Shown one piece after another: positions 8,241 through 18,342 of a DNA stretch of 64,000 nt; the first letter of the stretch is position 1, and every line of letters starts with the position of its first letter. The position numbers and the translations under genes were made by a program. Source of the DNA: Candidatus Uhrbacteria bacterium (GTDB taxonomy: Bacteria; Patescibacteriota; Patescibacteriia; UBA9934; GWF2-40-263); contig JACPHX010000002.1 of NCBI GenBank assembly GCA_016188425.1, positions 2,373-66,372 of the forward strand, in the 5' to 3' direction. The notes under the pieces are model-generated. The model did no database searches, had not been told where the DNA came from, and was given only the letters and a program-made list of their open reading frames with translations.

Positions 8241-10679
8241 TTAGCGAATCACGAAGCTGATGAGGCGGCCGGGGATGTAAATAACTTTGATGATCTCCTT
8301 CCCTTCCAAAAATTTCTCGACGTTTTGTTGAGCCTGCGCGCGATCGCGCGCATCTACATCGGACAATGTGGGTGAGATCTCGATCGTCCCGCGTACTTTC
8401 CCGTTGATCTGCACTGCGACTGTCACCAAATCATCCACAAGCATCTTCTCCTCAAAGGAAGGCCATCCGCTTTCAAAGACGGATGTCTTGTAGCCAAGCG
8501 TCTCCCAAATCTCTTCACAAAGGTGAGGGGCGAACGGAGCAAGGGCACGCACGAGCATTTCGTAGGAAGATCGCGGCAGCACCTCCGCCGAACTCATTGC
8601 GTTTACAAGGATCATCGACGCCGAGATCGCGGTATTGAACTTCATCGCCTCCAGATCGTTCGTGATCGAATGGATCGCCTTATGCGTTGCCTTCTCGATC
8701 GATGGATTCGTTGCGTCCGCGACAGACTCGCGCAGCTTCCAGAGCTTCTCCAAGAAGCGGCGTACGCCGACCGCTCCGTTGGTATCCCAAGGTTTCTGAT
8801 CTTCCAACGGCCCCATGAACATCTCGTACATGCGCAACGTGTCGGCGCCGTACTGCTCGACGACCTCGTCGGGGTTCACGACGTTCCCTCGCGACTTACT
8901 CATGCGCACGCCATCCGGCCCCATGATCGTTCCTTGATTGCGCAACTTCGTAAATGGTTCCTCGAAATCGATATGCCCCAAATCCTTGAGCGCGTAGCAA
9001 AAGAATCGTGAGTATAAAAGATGCATCACCGCGTGCTCAGCGCCCCCAACGTATAAATCGACAGGCATCCAGTAACGAATCTTCTCCTGATCCGCCATCA
9101 CCTCCTCGTTCTTTGGATCGCAGAAGCGGAGGAAGTACCAAGAGGAGTCGACAAACGTGTCCATCGTATCGCTCTCGCGGCGCGCGGGTTTGTGGCACGT
9201 CGGACACTTCACGTCATGAAACGACTCACTGCGCGCGAGAGGTGATTCGCCTGTGGGCTTGAAATCGACATCCGTCGGAAGTCGCACGGGGAGATCGGAA
9301 GCGGGAACGGCAACCGGGCCGCAGTCCTCGCACCAGATAATCGGAATCGGCGCGCCCCAGTATCGCTGGCGCGAAAGGAGCCAGTCGCGGATGCGATAGT
9401 TCGTGACGCGACGGCCTTTGTTTTTTGCTTCAAGGGCGTCGGTGATTTGTTGTTTGGCATTCTCGTTGGTGAGGCCGTCAAAGATGCCGGATTGAACCAT
9501 AATTCCTGGATCCGTATATGCCCCATCGGACGGCATGAATGCCGTCCCTGCGGGGGGTGCGACGACCTGGGTGATAGGCAGGTTATATTTCTGTGCAAAC
9601 GCGTAATCGCGTTCGTCGTGGGCGGGGACGCCCATGACGGCGCCAGTGCCGTAGGTCATGAGGGCGTAGTCGGCGATCCAAATCGGCACATCTTTGCCCG
9701 TGAGCGGATGCTTGGCGTAGGCGCCGATGAATTGACCAGTCTTTTCTTTTTGCTCGGAGCGATCGAGTTCAGATTTTCGCGCCGTGGCCGCACGATAGTC
9801 CATGACGGCTTTTGCATACGCAGGATCGACGAGGACGTCGACGAGCGGATGCTCGGGAGCCAAAACAACATAACTGACCCCAAAAAGAGTATCTGGCCTT
9901 GTGGTAAAGACAGATATGATTGTTTCTCTACTCTGTGGTGGCCAAGGGGCACGCCCCTTGGCCACATTCACAATATCAAAGTCAATTTCTGTTCCTTCAG
10001 ATTTCCCGATCCAATTCTGCTGCATCGCCTTAATCGATTCCGGCCAGTCGATCTTCTCCAAACCAGCAAGCAAACGATCCGCATATTTTGTAATGCGGAA
10101 GAACCACTGTTCCAGATCCTTTTGGCGCACAACGTTCTTGCACCGATCGCATTTTCCATCAATGACCTGTTCGTTCGCGAGCACGGTCTGGCAACTATCG
10201 CACCAGTTCACAGGAGCCGAGGCACGATATATCAGGTCGTGTTTATAAAAAAGGAGGAACAACCATTGCGTCCATTTGTAATAAGAAGGATCCGCTGTAG
10301 AGATGACGCGCGACCAGTCAAAAGAAAGCCCAAGGGACTTCATCTGCCGTGTATAGTTGGCCATCGCATCATTCGTCGTCTGCTCGGGGTGGACACCCGT
10401 CTTGATCGCAAAATTCTCCGCCGGCAAACCGAACGCGTCGTACCCGATCGGGAACAAAACGTTCTTTCCCTGCATGCGCCGCCAGCGCGTCACGATATCG
10501 ACCGCCGAGTAGGATTCCACATGACCAACGTGGAGGCCGGTCGCGGAAGGATACGGGAACATCACCAGGTGATAGAGGGAATCCTGTGCCTTCGATGGAT
10601 CTTCCGTGGGGAAAAACGCGAAATTCTGTTCCCAACGCTGCTGCCATTTTTTTTCGATGGATTGGTGGTTGAAGGGCAT
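8241..10679 (-). CDS. leuS: Leucyl-tRNA synthetase
   Basis: HVGH (HIGH) motif, KMSKS, class I LeuRS architecture. Start re-placed at [17 protein letters not shown]. Confidence 0.95.
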   Translation of the reverse strand: MPFNHQSIEKKWQQRWEQNFAFFPTEDPSKAQDSLYHLVMFPYPSATGLHVGHVESYSAVDIVTRWRRMQGKNVLFPIGYDAFGLPAENFAIKTGVHPEQTTNDAMANYTRQMKSLGLSFDWSRVISTADPSYYKWTQWLFLLFYKHDLIYRASAPVNWCDSCQTVLANEQVIDGKCDRCKNVVRQKDLEQWFFRITKYADRLLAGLEKIDWPESIKAMQQNWIGKSEGTEIDFDIVNVAKGRAPWPPQSRETIISVFTTRPDTLFGVSYVVLAPEHPLVDVLVDPAYAKAVMDYRAATARKSELDRSEQKEKTGQFIGAYAKHPLTGKDVPIWIADYALMTYGTGAVMGVPAHDERDYAFAQKYNLPITQVVAPPAGTAFMPSDGAYTDPGIMVQSGIFDGLTNENAKQQITDALEAKNKGRRVTNYRIRDWLLSRQRYWGAPIPIIWCEDCGPVAVPASDLPVRLPTDVDFKPTGESPLARSESFHDVKCPTCHKPARRESDTMDTFVDSSWYFLRFCDPKNEEVMADQEKIRYWMPVDLYVGGAEHAVMHLLYSRFFCYALKDLGHIDFEEPFTKLRNQGTIMGPDGVRMSKSRGNVVNPDEVVEQYGADTLRMYEMFMGPLEDQKPWDTNGAVGVRRFLEKLWKLRESVADATNPSIEKATHKAIHSITNDLEAMKFNTAISASMILVNAMSSAEVLPRSSYEMLVRALAPFAPHLCEEIWETLGYKTSVFESGWPSFEEKMLVDDLVTVAVQINGKVRGTIEISPTLSDVDARDRAQAQQNVEKFLEGKEIIKVIYIPGRLISFVIR
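9938..9965. repeat. Palindrome family copy 2, embedded in-frame in leuS
   Basis: GTGGCCAAGGGGCACGCCCCTTGGCCAC with one central mismatch. It translates on the leuS strand as [10 protein letters not shown], inside the variable region before the TTRPDT motif. Confidence 0.85.
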
Positions 10680-10689
10680 AAGGCGGATC

Positions 10690-10745
10690 GTGAGGGTGAT
10701 AAGGGTGGTAGGGGTGGGTCTACAACCCATCCAACGACTGGATAA
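10690..10745. promoter_or_regulatory. Conserved hairpin-containing element in the leuS upstream region, shared with gdh
   Basis: GGTGATAAGGGTGGTAGGGGTGGGTCTACAACCCATCCAACGAC. A near-identical motif sits at 13961-14030: GTAGGGGCGGGTCTCCAACCCGCCCACCGAC. Confidence 0.4.
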
Positions 10746-10811
10746 TGGTACGAGTGTGACAAAAATGGAGGGAAGGGTCAAAAATAAGACGAATTGTCAA
10801 CAGTTTTGGAT

Positions 10812-10841
10812 AAAAAAACGACGTTCCTGGGGGAACGTCGT
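10812..10841 (-). terminator. Intrinsic terminator of the coiled-coil gene
   Basis: AAAAAAA-ACGACGTTCC-TGGG-GGAACGTCGT, a perfect 10-bp stem with a T-run on the minus strand. Confidence 0.6.
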
Positions 10842-10861
10842 GCATAGGGACTTTTATCGAA

Positions 10862-11830
10862 CTACGGCCGCTGGTTCCCCTGATGCCACTCCTTGCGCGG
10901 CTCCTGCTTTTCCACCGGCGGAAGGGGACGCGAATTCTCGATGACTTTCACGGCCAATTCTTGCGACTTCTTATTCGCCTCCTCGACTTCACGGCGGAGG
11001 AGCTGATTATCTTCCGTCTGACGGGTCAGTTTTTCTTGAAAATGAATGATCTCCGCCTGCATGAGCTGACGCTGGGATTCCGATTCTTTGCGTGCAAATT
11101 CCATCTTCGTCTCCCATTCGCGGTTCATCCGTTCCAAGACCCGTGTCTCCGCTTCCGAGATGTCTTTCTGCAAACGTGCGGGGAATGTTTCTACCTGGCG
11201 TTTGAAATCCGCAAACTCAACTTCCTTCGCTTTTATTTCCCCCTCACGCGTTGCCATGTTTTGTTCCTTTTCCTCACGGACAGATTCAAACTGCGCCTCA
11301 TCGCGAGCCCGCTCCAGCTTGGTCGCGTATTCGTATTCTTCCTTCTCCCTATTCCACTGCTTCCGCTTCTGTTCCATCTGTGCAGCGAGCTCCTGATCAA
11401 GCGTAGAATACTCGGCCTCCATCGCCACTTTTTTCTCTTCGTAGTCCGCGAGCAATTGCTCAAGCGCCTGCGCGGCCACTGTCAAATGATACTCATGCTC
11501 GAGCGTCTGCCGCGACAAATCAATGGCCTTCTGCAAATCCAAAAACGTCTGTTGCTGCGCTTCGACTTTTCCCGTCACTTCGCGGAACGTCTGCTCAATG
11601 CTCTGGGAAAGAGTCTCGATGGCTGTCAGTGTCTCCCGCTTTGCGGATTCCATGGTCGGCCGCATAGAGGAAACAGAACGATCTTTTACCGATCGGACAA
11701 AATCGACTGCGGAGGGATCGTGCACCGCGTGGGCATTCGCTTTAAGCTCTTCGACTTGTTTCTGTAGTTTCTCATACTCTTCCAGGAGCTCCGCTTTGGT
11801 CTTTTTCGTGAACAGTATGGATTGCGACAT
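10862..11830 (-). CDS. Hypothetical long coiled-coil protein
   Basis: 322 aa, extremely E/K/Q/R-rich with heptad-like periodicity and no TM segment. Confidence 0.5.
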   Translation of the reverse strand: MSQSILFTKKTKAELLEEYEKLQKQVEELKANAHAVHDPSAVDFVRSVKDRSVSSMRPTMESAKRETLTAIETLSQSIEQTFREVTGKVEAQQQTFLDLQKAIDLSRQTLEHEYHLTVAAQALEQLLADYEEKKVAMEAEYSTLDQELAAQMEQKRKQWNREKEEYEYATKLERARDEAQFESVREEKEQNMATREGEIKAKEVEFADFKRQVETFPARLQKDISEAETRVLERMNREWETKMEFARKESESQRQLMQAEIIHFQEKLTRQTEDNQLLRREVEEANKKSQELAVKVIENSRPLPPVEKQEPRKEWHQGNQRP

Positions 11831-11917
11831 AGAGAATTTTCAAAGACCGTAACATGGGGAGGGAAAAGGTCAAGTATCCTGTACAACCTCCCTTTTTTTG
11901 TCACCATACCATCGACT

Positions 11918-12349
11918 ATGACGCACCAACTCATCCTGACTCCTTTGCAGGTGGCCGTTGCTTCGCTGGAGGCGGCGATCGAAACGCCGGAAACCGGACT
12001 GTCGCCCCTGCAAGAGAACATGCGGCGCGATGCCATCATTCAACGGTTTGAATGCACATTCGAATTGTGTTGGAAAATGATGAAACGAACAATAGAGCAG
12101 ATCGGCGGACGCGAGGAAACAGATGATCTATTTTCAAAAAAAGACCTTTTCCGTCGCGCCCACGAGGCCGCGCTCATCAAAGATCCTGGTGCCTGGTTCG
12201 CCTATCTTTTGGCGCGCAACCAAACCTCCCATGCCTACGACAAGAAAAAAGCAGAGGCCGTGCATGCAAAAGCCATTCATTTTGCCATAGACGCCCGCGC
12301 CCTCCTTACGAAACTCGAGGAGACCTATGCCCCTTCACATACATCCTGA
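11918..12349 (+). CDS. HEPN-domain protein (HI0074 / nucleotidyltransferase-substrate-binding family): toxin of a HEPN/MNT module
   Basis: Fits the HEPN family profile (IQRFECTFELCWKMMKRTIEQ...). Start re-placed at MTHQLILTPLQ. Overlaps the next gene by 23 nt. Confidence 0.65.
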   Translation: MTHQLILTPLQVAVASLEAAIETPETGLSPLQENMRRDAIIQRFECTFELCWKMMKRTIEQIGGREETDDLFSKKDLFRRAHEAALIKDPGAWFAYLLARNQTSHAYDKKKAEAVHAKAIHFAIDARALLTKLEETYAPSHTS

Positions 12350-12626
12350 ACACCTCGACGGGGTGAAAAAAATCCTCCGTCAAATCATTCCGCGTCATCG
12401 AGTGGCCGTGTTCGGGTCACGAGCAACCGGCACGGCCCGCCCGAGCTCTGATTTGGACTTGTTTGTGTACGGCACTGATCCTCTTGACACAGAGACAACC
12501 ACTAACCTCAAGATGGCATTTTCCGAATCGAACTTGCCGTTCTTCGTCGATATCGTCGAGGAGTCAGGTATCGAACAGGATTTTCGAGATGCCATCGAAA
12601 AGCAATTGGTTGATATCCTCCCGTAA
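12327..12626 (+). CDS. Minimal nucleotidyltransferase (MNT/HI0073-like, Pol-beta superfamily): antitoxin partner
   Basis: GSRATGTARPSSDLDL = GS...DxD nucleotidyltransferase signature. 99 aa. Confidence 0.7.
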   Translation: MPLHIHPEHLDGVKKILRQIIPRHRVAVFGSRATGTARPSSDLDLFVYGTDPLDTETTTNLKMAFSESNLPFFVDIVEESGIEQDFRDAIEKQLVDILP

Positions 12627-12635
12627 AACGCTTAC

Positions 12636-12667
12636 AAAAAAACAGGGATTGCAGCCCTGTTTTTTTG
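12636..12667. terminator. Bidirectional terminator between the MNT gene and gdh
   Basis: AAAAAAACAGGGATTGCAGCCCTGTTTTTTT. Confidence 0.6.
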
Positions 12668-12671
12668 TTTA

Positions 12672-13889
12672 TTATTTTATCGCCTCGTTGATCCTCCTAA
12701 GCGCCAACACGAACGCCGCGCGACGCAAATCCGTCCCAAACTCTTGGCTCAATCGATACACATCCTCCGCCTGCTCGGTCATTATTTTTTTGAGACGGCT
12801 CTCCACATCCTCCACGCTCCATTTCTCTCCTTTGAGATTCTGTTCCCATTCAAACGTCGACACCGTCACCCCACCCGCATTCGCGAGGATGTCTGGAATC
12901 ACAGCGATCCCTCGATCAAAAAGAATGTCATCGGCCTCCGGTGACGTCGGGCCGTTGGCAAGTTCCAAAATTACCTTCGCGCCAATCTGAAGCGCATTGT
13001 GTTCTAAAATTTGATTCTCAAGCGCGGCGGGAATCAAAAGGTCACATGGAAGTTCTAATAATGCTTCATTGGAAACCGCACGGCTTCCAGGAAACCCTTC
13101 CGCCTTTCCCGTCTTTTCTTTCCATGCTTCGACTGCCTTAATGTCAAGTCCGCCTTCGTTCACAATACCCCCTCTTGAATCCGAGACAGCGATAATTTTG
13201 TGGCCGTGCTCCGACCAAATCTTCGCTGCGGTCGCACCGGCATTTCCAAATCCTTGGATGACAACCTTAATCGATCCCAAGAGACCGAGTCGTTGCGCCA
13301 ATGTTTCAAACACAAACCAACCGCCAAGCGCCGTCGCGCGATCACGCCCGAGTGATCCGCCGTGGGCGACCGACTTGCCCGTAAACGTCGCTCCCGTCTT
13401 GTCGCCTGTGAGTTTCTGATACTCATCCGTCATCCAATCCATGATCTGCGGCGTGGTATTCACATCCGGCGCCGGCACATCTTTCTGCGGGCCAATCTCG
13501 TCGACGAATGCGCGCACCCAAGCGCGAGAGAGACGTTCCAGTTCGGTCTTCGACAAGGTCTTTGGATCGACTGTTGCCCCACCCTTCCCGCCACCCATCG
13601 GGATGTTGACGACCGCGGTCTTGATTGCCATCCACAGTGCGAGTGCCTTTACCTCCTGGAGATCTGTCTGTTGATGAAAACGGATGCCGCCCTTGTACGG
13701 CCCACGCGCATTGTTGTGCTGCACGCGATAGACCTCGATATCCATCTTGGACCCATCATCGCGATCGATCATCACGTTTTTCTCGTGGATGTGGTTGGGG
13801 GTCTTGAGTTTCTCGATGAAGGATTCCTCAAAAGGAAAAACGGCCTGGGCGCGGGAAAGTTGGCGGAGGGCATTGTCGAAAGCAGACAT
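12672..13889 (-). CDS. gdhA: Glutamate dehydrogenase (Glu/Leu/Phe/Val dehydrogenase family)
   Basis: Catalytic K-rich GGGKGG motif plus an NAD(P) Rossmann GFGNAG. Start re-placed at MSAFDNA. Confidence 0.9.
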   Translation of the reverse strand: MSAFDNALRQLSRAQAVFPFEESFIEKLKTPNHIHEKNVMIDRDDGSKMDIEVYRVQHNNARGPYKGGIRFHQQTDLQEVKALALWMAIKTAVVNIPMGGGKGGATVDPKTLSKTELERLSRAWVRAFVDEIGPQKDVPAPDVNTTPQIMDWMTDEYQKLTGDKTGATFTGKSVAHGGSLGRDRATALGGWFVFETLAQRLGLLGSIKVVIQGFGNAGATAAKIWSEHGHKIIAVSDSRGGIVNEGGLDIKAVEAWKEKTGKAEGFPGSRAVSNEALLELPCDLLIPAALENQILEHNALQIGAKVILELANGPTSPEADDILFDRGIAVIPDILANAGGVTVSTFEWEQNLKGEKWSVEDVESRLKKIMTEQAEDVYRLSQEFGTDLRRAAFVLALRRINEAIK

Positions 13890-14039
13890 AGGAGGGAAGG
13901 ATGACCCGCCGTCGCCCAAATTGCACTGGGCTATGGCGGGCAGGCAGATATTTTAGAGGTGAACAGAGGATAACAGAAGTCGCGACAAAGACAGGTGTAG
14001 GGGCGGGTCTCCAACCCGCCCACCGACACGAAAATGATA

Positions 14040-14306
14040 TCAGAATTTATAAACATCGCTGCGGTGGCCGATACGGATGACGGTTATTTTTTTCGATGTG
14101 CCATCAAGAACGAGAACCAGACGAAATTCCCCGACGCGCAGGCGGGCGTCTCCTAACCGTTTATTGTTCAAGAATTTAAGTACGTTGCTTGGATCTTCCA
14201 GCGAACCCAGCCACGCGAGCTTTTCTGCGATTCGCTTTTGCATGGTTGGATCCAGAGACAACAGCTGTTTTTCTGCCTTGCGCAGAAGAAACAATGTGTA
14301 GGCCAT
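14040..14306 (-). CDS. RelE/ParE-family type II toxin
   Basis: 88 aa. MAYTLFLLRKAEKQLLSLDP...RIAEKL...FRLVLVL...IGHRSDVY fits the RelE/ParE profile. Confidence 0.7.
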   Translation of the reverse strand: MAYTLFLLRKAEKQLLSLDPTMQKRIAEKLAWLGSLEDPSNVLKFLNNKRLGDARLRVGEFRLVLVLDGTSKKITVIRIGHRSDVYKF

Positions 14307-14583
14307 ACCGTTTCTTCAATACGTCAAAAGACACCAGACCTTTTCCTGTTTTCATGGACCGCCGAGCAAGCGCGGCGTCTTTCGCCAATGATTCCGAAGA
14401 ATACATCTCGAGATCCTCCATTACCTCGGCAAAATCTTCATTTGAAAAAAAGAATCCGAGGGTTTTCGCCCCACGGGTAACGCGCGTAAACCCGCGAAGC
14501 GCCCGCGAGGGGCTTCGTTGGATATCGCGGATGGAAGCGGTTCGTTCTTTAGAGAAAAACGGGGAGGGGGGAGGGGTAGGCAT
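14176..14583 (-). CDS. Putative Phd/YefM-like antitoxin. Its frame runs 131 nt into the toxin gene
   Basis: C-terminal region FFFSNEDFAEVMEDLEMYSSESLAKDAALARRS...VSFDVLKKRYGL resembles Phd/YefM antitoxins. No stop codon until 14176, inside relE. A frameshift/indel is suspected. Confidence 0.35.
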   Translation of the reverse strand: MPTPPPSPFFSKERTASIRDIQRSPSRALRGFTRVTRGAKTLGFFFSNEDFAEVMEDLEMYSSESLAKDAALARRSMKTGKGLVSFDVLKKRYGLHIVSSAQGRKTAVVSGSNHAKANRRKARVAGFAGRSKQRT

Positions 14584-14757
14584 AGTGTATAGATTTGTAT
14601 GTAGAGTAGCATCCGAGGGAACGCGGGTCAAAACAAAAAGCTCCGGCGTTCCCATGAGAAAAACGCCGGAGCCGAACGCCAAGGGAACAAGGAACCAAGC
14701 GCCATACCAAGAGCCAAGGATCCAAGTGTCCAAGGACTATAGTGATCACTATAGCGC

Positions 14758-15690
14758 CTATTTCTTGTGTTCCATCGCCTCCAACCACCGCTGCGCGTCC
14801 AACGCGGCCGCGCATCCTGTCCCCGCGGCCGTGACGGCCTGGCGGTATTTCCAGTCGGCGACGTCGCCGGCGGCGAAAACGCCTTCGACATTGGTCCACG
14901 TCGATCCTGGTTTTACCGTGAGATACCCTTTTTCCATTTCCAATTTTCCTTCAAAAATTTTCGTATTGGGCGAGTGGCCGATCGCGAGAAACATGCCGTC
15001 GACCGCCAGATCGGACTCTTCGTTGGTCTTCGTGCTGATGAGACGCAACCCCGTCACCTGTTTTTCATTCCCCATCACTTCCTTCACTCCCGTGTTAAAC
15101 AAAAAATTGATCTTCGGGTTGGTCTTCGCCCGGTCTTCCATGATCGGGGACGCACGCAACTTGTCAGACCGAACCAGTACCGTCACCGATGTCGCGAAGC
15201 GGGTCAGGAACGTCGCCTCTTCCATCGCGGAATCCCCTCCGCCCACGACCGCCACTTTTTTCCCTCGAAAGAAAAACCCGTCGCAAGTAGCGCAGGCGGA
15301 TACGCCGCGGCCTTTGTATTTCTCTTCACTGGGGAGACCCAGATAGTTCGCCGATGCCCCCGAGGCGATGACGACGGCCTTGGCCTGGTATTCCCCTTTC
15401 TCGGTACGGACAACAAACGGACGTCTAGAAACATCAACGCCCAGCACCTCCTCCGCCTTCACGTCGGTTCCAAAACGGACGGCCTGATCTTTGAAAAGCC
15501 GCATCAATTCAGGCCCTTGTATCCCTTTTGGAAACCCGGGGAAATTCTCCACCTCCGTCGTCGTCATGAGCTGCCCGCCCGGCTCCACCCCCTCAAACAA
15601 CACCGGCGCCAAATGCGCCCTTGCCGCATAAATTGCGGCGGTGTAGCCGGCAGGGCCGGATCCGATGATGATGAGCTGGTGCACATCCAT
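14758..15690 (-). CDS. trxB: Thioredoxin-disulfide reductase
   Basis: GSGPAGYTAAIYAAR FAD motif, CATC redox centre, GGGDSAMEEA NADPH motif. Confidence 0.9.
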   Translation of the reverse strand: MDVHQLIIIGSGPAGYTAAIYAARAHLAPVLFEGVEPGGQLMTTTEVENFPGFPKGIQGPELMRLFKDQAVRFGTDVKAEEVLGVDVSRRPFVVRTEKGEYQAKAVVIASGASANYLGLPSEEKYKGRGVSACATCDGFFFRGKKVAVVGGGDSAMEEATFLTRFATSVTVLVRSDKLRASPIMEDRAKTNPKINFLFNTGVKEVMGNEKQVTGLRLISTKTNEESDLAVDGMFLAIGHSPNTKIFEGKLEMEKGYLTVKPGSTWTNVEGVFAAGDVADWKYRQAVTAAGTGCAAALDAQRWLEAMEHKK

Positions 15691-15692
15691 AG

Positions 15693-16010
15693 TTACAAAT
15701 GCTTTTCGATCTTCCCTTTCAAAGACTCCTTGGACATCGACCCCGAAAATTGTTCTACGACCTGGCCCCTCTTGAAAATGATAAAAGTGGGAATCGAGAG
15801 AATGTTGTACTTCTGTGCCAAGGCCCCTTGGTCATCTACGTTTACTTTAGCGACCGTCAATTTATCCCCCATTTCTTTCGCGAGTTCATCCACAAGCGGA
15901 GACATAACCTTGCATGGGCCGCACCAAGGGGCCCAAAAATCCACAATGACGGGGGTCTCGGAGGAGAGGACGGTGCTGTCGAAGTTGGCGGCGGTGAGTT
16001 CGAGAGACAT
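15693..16010 (-). CDS. trxA: Thioredoxin
   Basis: WAPWCGPCK active site. 105 aa. Confidence 0.9.
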   Translation of the reverse strand: MSLELTAANFDSTVLSSETPVIVDFWAPWCGPCKVMSPLVDELAKEMGDKLTVAKVNVDDQGALAQKYNILSIPTFIIFKRGQVVEQFSGSMSKESLKGKIEKHL

Positions 16011-16019
16011 AGGGATAAT

Positions 16020-16059
16020 CGTTACGGATTACGGAAGTGTACGGAATTACGGAAATACG
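16020..16059. promoter_or_regulatory. Phased CCGTAA array abutting the trxA start codon, copy 1 of 2
   Basis: CGTTACGGATTACGGAAGTGTACGGAATTACGGAAATACG = four CCGTA(A) units spaced 8-10 nt. The same 40-mer (2 mismatches) lies upstream of rnc. Confidence 0.5.
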
Positions 16060-16119
16060 AAAAAGAACAACAACCAGGGTTTCACTCTATCATAGGGCTG
16101 GGAGGAGAGGGAGGTGGGG

Positions 16120-16240
16120 TGGGGAAAAAACGTGGGAAGGTTTCAAGGGTCGCAAGGATTTCAAGAGCATCAAGCGCAAACAAAAAAGGCACGGCCCGAA
16201 AGCGCATGCCCTTGCGACCCTTGCCGCCCTTGAAACCCTT
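16120..16240. other. Long nested inverted repeat downstream of infB
   Basis: GGTTTCAAGGGTCGCAAGG ... CCTTGCGACCCTTGCCGCCCTTGAAACC: outer and inner arms of ~11 and 14 bp around a ~50-nt loop. Confidence 0.45.
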
Positions 16241-16246
16241 GGGGCC

Positions 16247-18277
16247 TTACCGCTTCGAAATCCCCTGGATCACCAGCGCGCGCACCCGTCGTTCTTCCTT
16301 GTACGCCTCGATAAGATCCCCGACTTCAGGCTTTACCTTGCCGACATACTGCATCCCGATCTCTTGGCCGGTCTGGCCGGTCTTGATCTCCGAGCGGCCC
16401 AGGCGCAGCTCTTCGATAGTGCCTTCGCCGACGTACTCGCCCAGGTGGGAGAGGCGCAGCTTGAGGCCGGCCACGAGCTTGCCTTGCGTGACCTTGCCGC
16501 CGATGACCCAGCCGTTATCAGTACGCTTGAAGTTCATCAGGACTTCGAAGCGGCCGACTTCCTCGATGACCGTCTCGCTCGGAAGGAGTTTCTCCAGGTC
16601 GGTAATGAGGTCTTCGAAGAGTCGATAAATGACCGTATACGGACGAATCTCCACGTGCTTGTCCCGAGCGAGCGTCTTTGCCGTTTCCGTCGCGGACACG
16701 CCGAAGCCAAGGACGACCGCATGCGTTGCCTCCGCGTTTGCGATATCCGTGTCGTTGACGTTTCCCAATCCTTTTCCAACGACTTTGATGCCGACCTCCT
16801 GGTGTTTCACGGTATCAAGCATGCCCAGAATCGCCTCGAGGGATCCGAGCACGTCGGCACGAATGATGACGTTTACAAACTGTTTCGCCTCTGCTCCATC
16901 GGCCGCCACGGCCTTGATCGACGCGACGTTCTCCGTTCCCACGCGAGACTGCTCGGTCGTCTTCACGCGCTCAAGCGACTTCACATCCTGCGGCACTTCC
17001 ATGATGTCGCCGACGGCCGGCGCCGCTTTCCATCCGAGGATCTTTACCGGGAACGAAGGAGGGGCTTCCTTGACATCCTCCCCGCTCCAATTCTTCATCG
17101 CGCGCACGCGCCCGAACCATTGCCCGCGCGCCGCCAGCGCATCCCCCAAACGCAGCGTGCCGCTTTGGACAAGAACCGTCGCCACCGGACCCGCATTTTT
17201 ATCCACATGCGATTCGATAACGGTCCCGATCGCCAAACGCGTAGGATCGGCGATGATCTTTTCTTTCTCCACCTCGGCCACGAGCAACAGCGCATCCAGC
17301 AGCTTGTCGATGTTCGTCCCCTGCTTGGCTGAAATCGGGACCGCGATCGTCTGCCCGCCCCACTCCTCTGGAATGAAACCGGCGTCGGAAAGTTCGCGCT
17401 TTACCTTTTCAATGTCTGCCCCTGGCGCATCGATCTTGTTGATGGCCGCCACGAACGGAAGCTTGGCGGATTTGATGATGTTGATAACTTCCTTGGTCTG
17501 CGGCCGCACCCCGTCGTCGGCCGCGACGACCAAAATCGCGAGGTCGGCCACCTTGGCTCCACGCGAACGCATCACCGTAAATGCTTCGTGGCCAGGCGTG
17601 TCTATGAACGTCAAAAGCTGGTTGTTGCGCACGACCTGATACGCACCAATATGCTGGGTGATGCCACCGGCCTCCGTTTCCATGACATGCGTCGCACGGA
17701 TGGCATCGAGTAGTTTCGTCTTCCCGTGGTCGACGTGCCCCATCACAACGACGATCGGCGGACGCGGAAGGACACGTTCCTTTTCTTGGGAATCGAGGAT
17801 GGTCTTCAGGCGCATGCTCTCATCTTCCTTCACATCGACCGCCAACCCTTCGTTGACCTCTGCATGGACTTTGTATCCAAGATCCTCGCCGATGATGCTC
17901 GCCGTGTCGATGTCGATGCGGTCATTGATGGAAGCCAGAATGCCGTTGCGCATGAGCTCCTGCATGAGCCGAGGGACGGGAACGTCCAACCGAGACGCCA
18001 ACTCGCGCACCGTCATGACCGCGGGCAAGGTAATATCTTTGATGAGGACCGGGGCTGCGTCGCCCACCGGCCGGCCGGTCATCCCTTTCTGGAGTTCTAT
18101 CTTCTCGGCCAAGTAGTGCTTGCGGCGGTATTCGCCGAACGCACGTTCGATTTTCGGGATCATCCGGTCGTCCACTTTGAGCGCCCGCGCACCGATATTA
18201 AACCCAAGCGTGGGCAGCACGGTGCGAAGCTCTTCGGCAGAACTGTGGAGCCTACGGGCCAATTCGGTAAGATTCAT
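16247..18277 (-). CDS. infB: Translation initiation factor IF-2
   Basis: GHVDHGKT G-domain, DTPGH, full IF-2 domain order. 676 aa. Confidence 0.95.
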   Translation of the reverse strand: MNLTELARRLHSSAEELRTVLPTLGFNIGARALKVDDRMIPKIERAFGEYRRKHYLAEKIELQKGMTGRPVGDAAPVLIKDITLPAVMTVRELASRLDVPVPRLMQELMRNGILASINDRIDIDTASIIGEDLGYKVHAEVNEGLAVDVKEDESMRLKTILDSQEKERVLPRPPIVVVMGHVDHGKTKLLDAIRATHVMETEAGGITQHIGAYQVVRNNQLLTFIDTPGHEAFTVMRSRGAKVADLAILVVAADDGVRPQTKEVINIIKSAKLPFVAAINKIDAPGADIEKVKRELSDAGFIPEEWGGQTIAVPISAKQGTNIDKLLDALLLVAEVEKEKIIADPTRLAIGTVIESHVDKNAGPVATVLVQSGTLRLGDALAARGQWFGRVRAMKNWSGEDVKEAPPSFPVKILGWKAAPAVGDIMEVPQDVKSLERVKTTEQSRVGTENVASIKAVAADGAEAKQFVNVIIRADVLGSLEAILGMLDTVKHQEVGIKVVGKGLGNVNDTDIANAEATHAVVLGFGVSATETAKTLARDKHVEIRPYTVIYRLFEDLITDLEKLLPSETVIEEVGRFEVLMNFKRTDNGWVIGGKVTQGKLVAGLKLRLSHLGEYVGEGTIEELRLGRSEIKTGQTGQEIGMQYVGKVKPEVGDLIEAYKEERRVRALVIQGISKR

Positions 18278-18342
18278 GGGAAATTACAAAAAAGATTGAC
18301 ACAACCTTACCAAGCGCAGGCAAGGGAGTCAATGGAGCTTCG

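Noticed and set aside
10680-10781. 34-aa N-terminal extension on LeuRS; likewise on ProRS, NusB, HU, RNase Y, NspC, GDH and the MBL hydrolase
   Set aside because: Alignment-style comparison with family N-termini indicates internal ATG starts, and the extensions overlap repeat or promoter elements.
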